From Candidatus Hydrogenedentes bacterium ADurb.Bin170 (lineage in GTDB: Bacteria; Hydrogenedentota; Hydrogenedentia; Hydrogenedentales; CAITNO01): a stretch of 64,000 nucleotides of DNA. The position numbers and the translations under genes were made by a program. The stretch is taken from contig MWCY01000011.1 of NCBI GenBank assembly GCA_002070275.1, positions 19,847 through 83,846 on the forward strand, in the 5' to 3' direction. This document shows positions 47,622-57,604 of the stretch, one piece after another; positions within the stretch are counted from its first letter, which is position 1; the number at the start of each line of letters is the position of its first letter. Below the pieces are notes generated by a model, which was not told the DNA's origin, searched no databases, and saw only the letters and a program-made list of their open reading frames with translations.

Positions 47622-47816
47622 ATGCCTGTGTATGAGTATCATGCGATTCGCGCCGAAGGAGACGAAGAGAAATCCTTTATCGGCGGGATCGTCGTGGCAA
47701 AGGATCGGCGCGAAGCAAAAGGCAAGCTGCGGGAACACGGTCTGAAAGCGACGCAGCTGAAGCGCGCCCGGGGCATTATGGCTGTAATTAAATGGCTGGA
47801 TGCCGATATTCGCTGA
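47622..47816 (+). CDS. standalone 64-aa protein resembling the N-terminal cytoplasmic domain of GspF/PilC
   Basis: Strong AAGGAGT RBS. MPVYEYHAIRAEGDEEKSFIGGIVVAKDRREAKGKLREHGLKATQL fits the GspF N-domain pattern (F/YxYxA...G...G...A...LRxxGL). Confidence 0.5.
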   Translation: MPVYEYHAIRAEGDEEKSFIGGIVVAKDRREAKGKLREHGLKATQLKRARGIMAVIKWLDADIR

Positions 47817-47957
47817 GTTCGGCGCCGTCTTCACAGCGCATCTTTTGTCGTCTGAAGCATAAACTGGCTTCCCGTCTGTTTTTTTTCTGCCCGACAAGGG
47901 CTTCTATCCAACTGAAATCTCTCAACCAACCCTTTACCTGCAGGAGGTTTTTATCCT

Positions 47958-49415
47958 ATGTCTTCAGTGCTTGCCGCCATTCCCGAACTGACCGACACGC
48001 TTCCCTTTAAAGTTGCCGATATGGGCCTTGCCGAATGGGGACGCAAAGAAATAGAAATTGCGGAACAGGAAATGCCCGGTCTCATGGCGGTTCGCCGCCA
48101 GTATGCGGAGGCGCAGCCGCTCAAGGGCGCACGTATCATGGGCTCACTGCACATGACGATTCAGACGGCAGTGCTCATTGAAACGCTTGTGGCGCTGGGT
48201 GCCGAAGTGCGCTGGGCAAGCTGCAATATTTTTTCGACGCAGGATCATGCCGCCGCCGCCATTGCGGCAACGGGCGTACCTGTTTTCGCCTGGAAAGGGG
48301 AAACGCTGGAAGAGTACTGGTGGTGCACCTGGCAGGCGATGAATTATCCTGACGGCAAGACGCTGAACATGATTGTGGATGACGGCGGCGATGCCACGCT
48401 GCTGATTCACCGGGGCTGCGACTTTGAAAAAAGTTTCGAGGAAACCGGTGCGCTGCCGCCTGTCTGCCGGGACAACAAAGAAATCGAAGTGGTCGATTCG
48501 CTGCTCTACAAAGTGCACGAAATGGATCCGGGCTACTGGCGCCGCATCGCGAAAAACTGGATCGGCGTTTCCGAGGAGACGACGACAGGTGTGCACCGTC
48601 TGTATCACATGATGCGGGAAGGAACACTGCTCACCCGCGCCATGAACGTGAACGACAGTGTAACCAAATCCAAATTTGACAATCTCTACGGCTGCCGTGA
48701 ATCCCTCGCCGACGGCATCAAACGTGCCACCGATGTCATGGTGGCGGGCAAAGTGGTTGTCGTGGCGGGCTACGGCGACGTGGGCAAAGGCTGCGCTGAC
48801 GCCATGCGCGGACTCGGTGCCCGGGTGATCATTACGGAAATCGATCCGATCTGTGCGCTGCAGGCCGCCATGGAAGGCTATCAGGTGCTTACCATGGACG
48901 AAGCGGCACCGCTGGGCGACATCTTTGTTACCGCCACGGGCTGCTGCGATGTGATCGCCGGGCGACATATGGAGCAGATGAAGGATCAGGCGATTATCTG
49001 CAATATCGGTCACTTTGATTCGGAAATTGAAGTATCCTGGCTCGAATCGAATCCTTCCATCTCCGAAGAGAATATCAAGCCGCAGGTGGACAAATTCATT
49101 TTCCCCGACGGGCGTGCGATTTTCCTGCTTGCCCGAGGCAGGCTCGTGAATCTCGGCTGCGCCACCGGTCACCCGTCCTTTGTCATGTCCAATTCCTTCA
49201 CCAACCAGACGCTGGCGCAGATTGCCTTTTTCACCGAGCCTGACAAATACGAAGCGGGCAAAGTGTATACGCTGCCAAAGAAACTGGACGAGGAAGTGGC
49301 ACGCCTGCATCTGGGCAAGCTCGGCGTGAAGCTGGAAGTACTGACAGCGCGCCAGGCGTCCTATCTGGGCGTTCCTGTGGACGGTCCCTACAAACCGGAC
49401 ACGTACCGGTACTAA
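47958..49415 (+). CDS. ahcY: adenosylhomocysteinase
   Basis: 485 aa with a NAD-binding [10 protein letters not shown] and the C-terminal insertion typical of the long form. Confidence 0.95.
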   Translation: MSSVLAAIPELTDTLPFKVADMGLAEWGRKEIEIAEQEMPGLMAVRRQYAEAQPLKGARIMGSLHMTIQTAVLIETLVALGAEVRWASCNIFSTQDHAAAAIAATGVPVFAWKGETLEEYWWCTWQAMNYPDGKTLNMIVDDGGDATLLIHRGCDFEKSFEETGALPPVCRDNKEIEVVDSLLYKVHEMDPGYWRRIAKNWIGVSEETTTGVHRLYHMMREGTLLTRAMNVNDSVTKSKFDNLYGCRESLADGIKRATDVMVAGKVVVVAGYGDVGKGCADAMRGLGARVIITEIDPICALQAAMEGYQVLTMDEAAPLGDIFVTATGCCDVIAGRHMEQMKDQAIICNIGHFDSEIEVSWLESNPSISEENIKPQVDKFIFPDGRAIFLLARGRLVNLGCATGHPSFVMSNSFTNQTLAQIAFFTEPDKYEAGKVYTLPKKLDEEVARLHLGKLGVKLEVLTARQASYLGVPVDGPYKPDTYRY

Positions 49416-49524
49416 GGACTGCCGCCTCTTTTAGTTTATATTTCGAGCCTGCGCTGCACGCCGTCACGCTGTCCGGACAGCTCCGGACTGCGGTTCTTCT
49501 TTCTTTTAAACAAGGGTTCTGTTC

Positions 49525-52323
49525 ATGAGCAAAAAATATGTAATCCATGTGATTTCCAACACGCACTGGGATCGGGAATGGCTGAATAATTTTCAGGAAA
49601 CCCGAATGATGCTGGTCGAGTTTTTCGACCTGCTGCTGGAAGTGATGGAAGGCGACGATTCCTATACTTCCTATGTGCTCGACTCGCAAACCGTACCGCT
49701 GGAAGACTATCTGGAATTCCGACCGGAAAACAGGGAACGTCTCGCAGCGCTGATTGAGGCGGAGCGGCTTCTGGTCGGCCCCTGGTACACCTGCCCTGAA
49801 GGCTTTGAAGTCAACGGCGAATCACTCGTCCGCAACCTGCTCATGGGTCATCGTGTTGCTTCCGGGTTCGGTCATGTCATGAAAGTGGGGCACACCCCTT
49901 TTTCCTACGGGCAGAATTCACAGATGCCTCAGATCTATTCCGGGTTCGGCATTGACACCATGCTCTTCTACCACGGCGTCAGCCATCAGGAAGTTTCCAA
50001 CGAATGGATTTTTGAAGGCGCCGACGGCACCCGCATCCTCGGGTCGCAGATGAGCAGCGGCGCACGCTACAACTTCTATCACGGCGTATACCGTCCCGCC
50101 GTCATCGGCAGAACCGTTGCGGAAAGAGAACACGAGTGGAAAGAGGGCGGTATGCCTTTCCACAGAGCATCACCGGAACTTTCACTGACGCACCATCTGC
50201 TCCTGCAGCCCCGGCGCACGATTGACAAAACACGGCTGGAGCAAGCTGTGCGCGCCCTGAAAGAGGCGGAGACCGGTGTGTCCGTTACCCGGCATCTCTG
50301 CTTCATGATGGGCCACGACAGCAGTGTGCCCGACCCGCTGGAGCCGGAACTGATCCGGCTGACCCGGGAAGCACTGCCTGATGATGAAGTGGTGCACAGC
50401 AATTATGAAAGCATGCTCCGTGCCGTTCGTGAAGAAATCGACTGGAACAAGCTCACTGTTCTGAAAGGCGAGCGGCGGGTACCCAAGCCCATGCCCATTA
50501 TTCTGCATCTCTACAGTGACGTACTTTCGAGCCGCACCAGAATGAAAAAACGCAGCTCCCGCGCCGAATATAAACTGCAGCGCACGGTCGAGCCTTTCCT
50601 GATGGCTGCGGCGCTGATGGGAGCGCCCTGGCCTGCCGCCATGCTCGAGTACGCCTGGAAGACCATGCTGCGCTGTCATGCCCACGACAGCATCAGCGGC
50701 AGCGGTGTTGATGCCATTGAAGAAGATATGATGAATCGTCTCCGGCAGGTGCTCGATCTCAGTGACAGCCTCGGCTCCCGGGCGCTTGCCCATATGCAGG
50801 AACAGATCGACACCTCTGCGCTTCCGTCGGATGCGGTCGTGCTGACGGTGTACAATCCCGCACCGAGAGAGCGGAGTGAAGTGGTTACGGCTGTTGTCGA
50901 TCTGCCGTGGCAGGGACCACGTCCCCGGGGTCAGTTTACCTTGCGCGATGCGGAAAGCGGCAAAGCCATTCCCGTGCAGTGTGCGGCGCGCAAGCCCCAC
51001 TGGGCAGTCATGAATCATGCCTTTGACGCACCAAACCTTATGAAGAGCGAGCGGTTCACCATTCATTTTGAAGCGACACAGCTGCCCGGCCTCGGCTATG
51101 CGACTTTTGTCGCCGACCTCTCCGGCAGCTTCGATACAGGCACACTGGTCACCGCCGCCAACACGCTGGAAAACGAGCATCTCCGTGCCGAAATCCGGCC
51201 GGACGGCACGATTACGCTCCTCGACAAACATACCGGCGTTTCCTATCCCGATCTGCATTACTTTGTGGATGACGGGGAAGGCGGCCATGCCTGGATGCAC
51301 GTGCGGCCCGCCTATGACCGACCTGTCGACAGCCGGGGTTTTCCTGTCGTGATTTCCCTTGAAGAAGACGGACCGCTCCTCGCACGGTACCGTATTGAAT
51401 ACCGCATGTCTGTTCCTTCGGGCATTGACGACAACGGCGGCGATCCCTGGCAGCGGCTGGACGGTGTGGGCAATCATGCATCGCGCGGCACAATGGAAGA
51501 AGAAATGACCATTGTTTCCCGCATCACGCTGCGCAGAAACAGCCGGAGCCTCGAAGTGCAGACTTCTTTCGACAACCGGGCACAATGCCACCGGCTCCGG
51601 GTCATGCTGCCCACGCACCGCAAAGGAAAATACTGCCATGCAGAAAGTGCTTTCGATGTAGTGGAGCGGGAAACGGCCTTCGATGAAAACAGCGTCTGGC
51701 ATGGCGCCAAAGGTGTCACCTTCCCCATGCAACGTTTTGCGGACGTGAGCGACGGCACCGCCGGCATTGCTTTTATCAGCGAAAGCCTCCGGGAATATGA
51801 AGTTACCGACACGGAAGACCGTGCGATTGCGGTGACGCTGCTCCGTGCCTATGAAATCAATCTTGCCACCGTAAGCTGCCGCTGGGAAACGCATCCTGAA
51901 ATGATTCTTTCCCAGAGTCCGGGGCATCATGAATTCACTTACCGGATTCATCCCCATGCGGGAAATTATGCGGAGGGTGCCGTACTCGAGGAAGCGGATG
52001 ATCTGGTGGCGCCTCTTGAACCGGTGCAGGCAGGCGTATGCAAAGGCCGTGAGCCCCTGCGCCAGGGATTCCTTACCGTATCCCCTGCCTCGCTGCTTCT
52101 TTCCGCTGTCAAGCAGGCGGAAGACGGTGCAGGCTGGGTCATACGGCTTTTTAACCCGACTGAAAGAACAATCGAAGGAAGTGTCACGCCGCCGCCTTCC
52201 GTTACCGGTGCCGCTCTCCTGACACTGGAAGAAAAACGGCAGGAGACCCTTTCGCTTGAGGCAGGACAACTGCACCTGTCGGTGGCGCCTAAAAAAATCG
52301 TGACACTGCTGCTGGAAAACTGA
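49525..52323 (+). CDS. glycoside hydrolase family 38 alpha-mannosidase / mannosylglycerate hydrolase-like (cytoplasmic)
   Basis: N-terminal HVISNTHWDREW (the GH38 metal-binding motif). ~930 aa with no signal peptide. Confidence 0.85.
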   Translation: MSKKYVIHVISNTHWDREWLNNFQETRMMLVEFFDLLLEVMEGDDSYTSYVLDSQTVPLEDYLEFRPENRERLAALIEAERLLVGPWYTCPEGFEVNGESLVRNLLMGHRVASGFGHVMKVGHTPFSYGQNSQMPQIYSGFGIDTMLFYHGVSHQEVSNEWIFEGADGTRILGSQMSSGARYNFYHGVYRPAVIGRTVAEREHEWKEGGMPFHRASPELSLTHHLLLQPRRTIDKTRLEQAVRALKEAETGVSVTRHLCFMMGHDSSVPDPLEPELIRLTREALPDDEVVHSNYESMLRAVREEIDWNKLTVLKGERRVPKPMPIILHLYSDVLSSRTRMKKRSSRAEYKLQRTVEPFLMAAALMGAPWPAAMLEYAWKTMLRCHAHDSISGSGVDAIEEDMMNRLRQVLDLSDSLGSRALAHMQEQIDTSALPSDAVVLTVYNPAPRERSEVVTAVVDLPWQGPRPRGQFTLRDAESGKAIPVQCAARKPHWAVMNHAFDAPNLMKSERFTIHFEATQLPGLGYATFVADLSGSFDTGTLVTAANTLENEHLRAEIRPDGTITLLDKHTGVSYPDLHYFVDDGEGGHAWMHVRPAYDRPVDSRGFPVVISLEEDGPLLARYRIEYRMSVPSGIDDNGGDPWQRLDGVGNHASRGTMEEEMTIVSRITLRRNSRSLEVQTSFDNRAQCHRLRVMLPTHRKGKYCHAESAFDVVERETAFDENSVWHGAKGVTFPMQRFADVSDGTAGIAFISESLREYEVTDTEDRAIAVTLLRAYEINLATVSCRWETHPEMILSQSPGHHEFTYRIHPHAGNYAEGAVLEEADDLVAPLEPVQAGVCKGREPLRQGFLTVSPASLLLSAVKQAEDGAGWVIRLFNPTERTIEGSVTPPPSVTGAALLTLEEKRQETLSLEAGQLHLSVAPKKIVTLLLEN

Positions 52324-52487
52324 GCAGAAGAAACAATGAAATAAGCCTCTCCGGGAATCTGTTCCTGATCATGATATAATTTCCGGGCGGCATGCTGCTT
52401 TGTTTGTGGACGGGCTGCTGCCAACTGTCCCCACTGACCTGTCAGCTGTGCCGCCTGCTGAATAGAACGCTTTGCACTGAGAGGATT

Positions 52488-55427
52488 ATGCAGACCATGA
52501 AAACTTCCGTTCTGAAAATAACAGGCCTTCTTTTTGTATGCGTGCTTGCCGCAGCCGCAGCAGACAGTAACGAAAACGCAGGGAAAGGATTTGAATCTAT
52601 GGGGGGACCCTATCCCGACGATCCCAGGCATGTGCATCATTACCGACTTGATAACGGGCTGGAAGTCTTTCTTTCCGCCTGTGTCGATGAACCCCGTTTC
52701 TATGCGGAGATTGCAGTGCGTGCAGGCAGCAAAAACGATCCGCCCGACGCCACCGGTCTCGCCCATTATATGGAGCATCTTCTGTTCAAAGGCTCTGAAA
52801 AGCTGGGCACCCTGGATTATGAGAAAGAAAAGCCCCATCTGGAGCGTGTTTCCGAATTATACGAACAGCATTTCAACGCCACCGATCCGGCGGAACGGAA
52901 AGCCATCTATCAGCAGATCACAGAAGAATCTACCCGTGCAGCTGCCTATTCCGTTCCTAACGAACTTGACCGCACCTACTCCGCTCTCGGCGCCCGGAAC
53001 CTCAATGCTCATACCTGGGTGGAGGAAGTTGTATATAAAGTCGATCTTCCGAAAAATTGTCTGGAACAGTGGGCAATGATCGAGTCAGACCGTTTCCTTC
53101 ATCCTGTTTTCCGCCTGTTCCAGACGGAACTGGAAACGGTGTATGAAGAAATGAACAGGGCGCAGGACAACAAAAACCGTATCATTTCGGAAGCAGTCGC
53201 CGCCTGTGCATTCAAAAATCATCCTTACGGGCAGCAGACCACACTGGGCAAAGTGGAGCATCTGAAATCACCGTCCATCCGCAAGCTCGAAGAATTCTAC
53301 CGGACCTGGTACGTGCCCAATAACATGGCCATTTTCATAGCCGGTGACATCGATCCGGACGAGACGATGGAAATTATAAACCGCTATTTTTCCTCCTGGG
53401 AACCCCGCCCCATTCCCGAACAGAAACAGTGGCAGGAAGATCCGCTTCGCGGAAGAGAACAGGTGACCGTTTCCTATGAAGGAGAGGAATTTGTGCTCCT
53501 CGGCTTCCGGACGGTTCCTTTCCTGCATCCCGACAGGCTGCCTCTGCTTATGCTCGATATGATGCTTGACAACTCCGAAGCGGGGTTGATCAATCTCAAT
53601 CTGAACAAAAACCAGCGCGTGCAGAGTGCAGGCGCCTACCCGATGATCTTCAATGACTACGGCATGCAGTATCTCTACGGCACACCCAAAGAAGGGCAGA
53701 GCAAAGAAGAAGTGGAGGCACTGCTCCTCGAACAACTGCGCATCATCAGGGCTGGCGAATTCGATGACTGGCTCATTCCTGCCATCAACAATTATTTTCA
53801 GAAATCAGAAAAAGCAAAACTGGAAAAATACAGTTCCTGTGTTCCTCTGATGCGCGATGCCTGGCTCGCTTACGAGCCCTGGGAGGATGCTTACCGTTTT
53901 CTTGACCAAATGGCAGCGGTGACCCGGGAGGATGTGATCCGCGTCGCCAATGAATATTTCGGTGAGAACTATGTGGCGGGCTACCGTGAAGATGGGTCAC
54001 ACAACCCGCCACTGGTGGAAAAACCGCCTCTGCCGGATATTAATATAGATGCCGCTGCCCAATCTGATCTTGCAAAAGCCGTACTGGCACTGCCTCAGCC
54101 CGATGTCGCACCGGTCTTTCTTCAGGAAAACCGTGACTACAGGAAGCTGCAGGACGAACGCGGCATCACGCTTTACCATACGCCGAATCCCTATAACGAC
54201 CTCTTTTCATTAACCTTTAGCTTTCCTCTCGGTACCCGGCAGGATAAACGTCTGGCGGCAGCGACAAATCTTTTCTCAAAAACAGGTACAGAAACAAAAA
54301 GCCCCGACGAACTGCAGATTGAGTGGTTCAAGCGGGGTTCTTCTTTCAATATCTCCGCCTCTGCCAACGATGTGGTTCTGATAATTCTCGGGCTGGATGA
54401 CCAGCTGCCGGCAACCTTGGCACTGCTGCAGGAAATGCTTGAGCATCCGGCAGTAACGGAAGAAAGCCTGGAGACTATGAAAGCCGTAACCCTGAAGATT
54501 CAGGCGGATCTTCGCAAAGACCCCGGCGGACTGATGACGGCGCTTTCCAGCTACATGGCTTATGGCGAAGAATCCGCTGCCCGCCAGTGGCTTCCTGCCG
54601 ACCAGCTGAAAGCACTGACTGCCGCCGAGCTGCAGGAACTGCTGCGAAGTCTTTTTACTTACAAATATCATGTGTTGTATTCCGGCACGATGACACCCGA
54701 AGAGGCACTGCGTCTTACCGGGTCGCTGTGCAGAAGTGATGCGCCCCTGACGGATCGACTGCCTTATTATCAGCCCACCATGCGCACGCCCGAAAAAAAT
54801 GAGATCTTCTTCACTCAGCGCGAAATGGGGCAGGCACACATTGCCATACGGTATCCCGGCGTAAACTATGATCCCGAGCTCATGGCACAGGTCAATCTCT
54901 TCAATGAGTATTTTTCAGGGGGCATGTCCGGTCTTGTTTTTCAGGAGCTGCGGGAAGTGCGAGCCCTTGCGTACGCCGCCTATGCCGCCTATCAGCCGGG
55001 AGCACGCCGAACGGAGCAGAACACCATGGAGGGCATGATTCAGACCCAGGCGGATAAAGCGCCTGAAGCCATTAACGCCTTTATCGATCTGCTCGACAAC
55101 ATGCCACTTTCAGCGGAACGCTTCAAACAGGCAAGAGAAACCCTTCTCAAGGATTTTGCGTTCACCCGAACTTCGTTCCGGGAAATTCCGGCACTGGCGC
55201 TCTCCTGGGAGCGCAAGCAGATCGAACCGGACCCCAGAGAAAAGGTGTATCAGAAGATTCAGCAGATGACCAGTATCGACATCCTCGCAACATTTCATAA
55301 AGAACATATTGCCGGAAAAGCAAAACTTATTTCTGTGCTGGGCGATACAGCACGCCTCGATTTCAATGCTCTCGGCGGTATCGCCGAAGTGCGGACGCTG
55401 ACGCCGGACGAACTGTTTATCAACTGA
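52488..55427 (+). CDS. secreted M16 family zinc metallopeptidase (pitrilysin-like, two-half architecture)
   Basis: Signal peptide. Inverted zinc motif HYMEHLLFKGS (HxxEH). Confidence 0.85.
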   Translation: MQTMKTSVLKITGLLFVCVLAAAAADSNENAGKGFESMGGPYPDDPRHVHHYRLDNGLEVFLSACVDEPRFYAEIAVRAGSKNDPPDATGLAHYMEHLLFKGSEKLGTLDYEKEKPHLERVSELYEQHFNATDPAERKAIYQQITEESTRAAAYSVPNELDRTYSALGARNLNAHTWVEEVVYKVDLPKNCLEQWAMIESDRFLHPVFRLFQTELETVYEEMNRAQDNKNRIISEAVAACAFKNHPYGQQTTLGKVEHLKSPSIRKLEEFYRTWYVPNNMAIFIAGDIDPDETMEIINRYFSSWEPRPIPEQKQWQEDPLRGREQVTVSYEGEEFVLLGFRTVPFLHPDRLPLLMLDMMLDNSEAGLINLNLNKNQRVQSAGAYPMIFNDYGMQYLYGTPKEGQSKEEVEALLLEQLRIIRAGEFDDWLIPAINNYFQKSEKAKLEKYSSCVPLMRDAWLAYEPWEDAYRFLDQMAAVTREDVIRVANEYFGENYVAGYREDGSHNPPLVEKPPLPDINIDAAAQSDLAKAVLALPQPDVAPVFLQENRDYRKLQDERGITLYHTPNPYNDLFSLTFSFPLGTRQDKRLAAATNLFSKTGTETKSPDELQIEWFKRGSSFNISASANDVVLIILGLDDQLPATLALLQEMLEHPAVTEESLETMKAVTLKIQADLRKDPGGLMTALSSYMAYGEESAARQWLPADQLKALTAAELQELLRSLFTYKYHVLYSGTMTPEEALRLTGSLCRSDAPLTDRLPYYQPTMRTPEKNEIFFTQREMGQAHIAIRYPGVNYDPELMAQVNLFNEYFSGGMSGLVFQELREVRALAYAAYAAYQPGARRTEQNTMEGMIQTQADKAPEAINAFIDLLDNMPLSAERFKQARETLLKDFAFTRTSFREIPALALSWERKQIEPDPREKVYQKIQQMTSIDILATFHKEHIAGKAKLISVLGDTARLDFNALGGIAEVRTLTPDELFIN

Positions 55428-55481
55428 TGCCTGCCGGCAGGAGGGTTAAGTGTCCGGAGCAATCCGGTCCGGGAGAAGCCT

Positions 55482-55712
55482 GTGTCTGAAAAAAGCAGCG
55501 ACGACATGAAGACACCTCAGGCCGCTACATTGCAGGAGCGCCCCGCTTTCCTCCCGCCACTGGAAAGAATGCGTCGGGAGCGACGGCTGACACTGCTCTT
55601 TTTCACCGGATTTATGCTCCTTGCCGCCCTCTTTCATCTGCTTGCTTCAGAGCATTCCCCTGCCGAAGCACCGGCTGTGCCCCACGCTGTAACGGAGGAA
55701 CATCTTCCGTGA
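55482..55712 (+). CDS. small membrane protein, translationally coupled to the downstream gene
   Basis: One TM (LTLLFFTGFMLLAALFHLLA). Its stop overlaps the downstream GTG start (ccGTGA). Confidence 0.4.
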   Translation: MSEKSSDDMKTPQAATLQERPAFLPPLERMRRERRLTLLFFTGFMLLAALFHLLASEHSPAEAPAVPHAVTEEHLP

Positions 55713-57604
55713 AAAGGGACCAGAGACAGCAGAAGCACGACGAAGTCTTTTCAGAACACACCACTTTTTTCCCGGAGGATGCCACAGAAACAGGTCTGTG
55801 CCTGCTGGCACTCACACTGCCTCTGGGTATCGGCGCACGTGTCGCCGGTCCTCTTTATCTGCATCATCCGGCGCTGCTCCTTCTCCTCTTCCTCCTCGGC
55901 AGAGATTGGCAGCGCATCAAAAGGCTGACCGTTCCTTTCGAACTGATCTTCCCTGCGACGCTGCTGTGTCTCCTGTCACTGCTCCTGATCCCTGGAGGCT
56001 CCGCCGCTGTAGCCGGAAAAATAATTGCCTTTTCTCTTTTCTTTCTGCTTATTTATCACAGCACCCGAAGGAGTGCTGTGGTCTGGCGGGCGCTTCAACT
56101 CTCTCTGTGGTCGAGCAGTCTGGTGATCCTGCTCAGTCTGCCGGCACAGCACGGGCTTCTCTTCCCCACTGCATTTCAGCCCGGAAACTCCTTTGTCTGG
56201 CTGGGACCTTCCAATTTCCGCTCCGGTCCCTTTCACCTCATCGCTGTGCTGCTGCTTCCTTTTCTGCTGCTGACTGCACGGATGACAGGTATGCACCGTT
56301 CCAGGCATTCTGTTGCTCTGCTGGAAACACTGCCGGTGCTGCTGCCGGGTATTGTTCTGTATCAGTCAGGCACTTTTCCCGCTTCCGGGACCGATTCCGG
56401 AACCGCTTTTCTTTTCCCCGCATTACCGCTGACCCTGACGGCACTCTGGCTCGCCGCACGCACCGCCGCAAAACTGCAGGTCGCACGGAGCCACATGCCT
56501 CAGGCGCTTGCTGCACTCCTTGCTCTTTCTGTATTGACAGGAACGGTATTTTTTCTCCTGACCGACAATATGCCCGACGGCTACGCTGTTTTTCTCTTTG
56601 CGCTTCTTGCCGCCTGCGCCAAACCCCGCCTGAAATGGAATGAGGCCGCACCGAACGGCACTGTGCTTCTGATACTGCCTGCCGCACTCCTGCTTATTTT
56701 TAATCTGACTTTCATCCGCAGCGGTGATCCCCGCCATTACGGACATACGGCGGAACAGGCGCTCCACAGCCGGGATTATGCCGCACTTCAGGCACAGCTG
56801 GACTTTGTGCAGAACCGGTGTCCCGGCGAAAGATATGCCGATTTCTGCGAAGCGAGACTTCATCTGGCACTGGGCAATCTGGATACTGCCCGTCACTGCT
56901 TTGCACAGTCGCTCCTGCCCGGCAGAAACAGGCTCCTGCCGCCGCCGGGAACACAGGAAATTACCCGCTTTCTCGATGACATGCGAGATGCCAGTTCCGC
57001 TCTCCCTGAATCGCTCCGCGGTATCGCCTATGAACAGGCACTGCTGGCGGCAGGGCGGGAACGGCATGCCCTTTCGCTGCTCGAAATTCGCAATCCTGTC
57101 GAGACGCACACAACACTGAATCCCCTCCCCGCGGCTGCCGCACTGGCGCAGCTTCTCGAAAGGCCGGAGCTCGAAGAGAAATTCCGCCGATGGGACGGAG
57201 CGTTGCTCGCAGCGATTCTGAAATCGGCGCATCCCCTCAACGAACTCAGAGTAGCGCCGCCGGGCTTTCCCGAAAACAGGCTGCCGCTGATCGCCTGTGC
57301 CCGCATTGAGGGGAATCGGGTGGAACTGTCCCTTTTCTCTCCTGCCAGGGAGGAAGGCGCGTCTTATATCAACCCGGCAGCAACAGAGATCTTTTCTCCG
57401 GAGCATTCTTTTCCTGATTTCTGGGGAGAGCTGTATCAGAACGGATCCGGCGCATGGCGGCTGCCTTTTTCCGTTTCCGCGGAGCTGGCGCCCCTCGACG
57501 AAGCGCCTTTCTCTTTCTATCCTGATGCCATGCCATCCGATCCGGAAACCGAAGGTATCACACAACTGGTCATTTATATACCCGGCAGCGGAGAAACGCC
57601 ATGA
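55709..57604 (+). CDS. polytopic membrane protein with C-terminal TPR-like soluble domain
   Basis: Roughly 10 predicted TM helices in the first ~330 aa, followed by helical repeats. Confidence 0.6.
   Translation: MKRDQRQQKHDEVFSEHTTFFPEDATETGLCLLALTLPLGIGARVAGPLYLHHPALLLLLFLLGRDWQRIKRLTVPFELIFPATLLCLLSLLLIPGGSAAVAGKIIAFSLFFLLIYHSTRRSAVVWRALQLSLWSSSLVILLSLPAQHGLLFPTAFQPGNSFVWLGPSNFRSGPFHLIAVLLLPFLLLTARMTGMHRSRHSVALLETLPVLLPGIVLYQSGTFPASGTDSGTAFLFPALPLTLTALWLAARTAAKLQVARSHMPQALAALLALSVLTGTVFFLLTDNMPDGYAVFLFALLAACAKPRLKWNEAAPNGTVLLILPAALLLIFNLTFIRSGDPRHYGHTAEQALHSRDYAALQAQLDFVQNRCPGERYADFCEARLHLALGNLDTARHCFAQSLLPGRNRLLPPPGTQEITRFLDDMRDASSALPESLRGIAYEQALLAAGRERHALSLLEIRNPVETHTTLNPLPAAAALAQLLERPELEEKFRRWDGALLAAILKSAHPLNELRVAPPGFPENRLPLIACARIEGNRVELSLFSPAREEGASYINPAATEIFSPEHSFPDFWGELYQNGSGAWRLPFSVSAELAPLDEAPFSFYPDAMPSDPETEGITQLVIYIPGSGETP

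Noticed and set aside
47358-47897. 179-aa minus-strand ORF covering the low-coding island
   Set aside because: It overlaps the better-supported plus-strand mini-ORF with its strong RBS. The product has no motifs and an odd composition, and starts with no RBS.
47817-47957. Possible SAH riboswitch or terminator in the leader of ahcY
   Set aside because: Only a weak 5-bp stem followed by a T-run. I cannot recognise the SAH-riboswitch pseudoknot consensus by eye. An Rfam scan would be needed.
50182-52275. 697-aa minus-strand ORF antisense to the GH38 gene (similar cases at 777..1952, 13659..15287, 24975..26156, 12541..13683, 35140..36144, 36449..37600, 48144..49310, 56423..57565, 59830..61281, 44193..45092)
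   Set aside because: All lie opposite well-supported genes with clear family motifs. Their products are Arg/Gly/His-rich nonsense, as expected from reverse-strand third-position GC bias.
55482-57604. The small ORF and the large membrane ORF being one frameshifted gene
   Set aside because: They are in different frames with a clean stop/start overlap (ccGTGA). Each has its own hydrophobic N-terminus, so coupling is more parsimonious than a frameshift.
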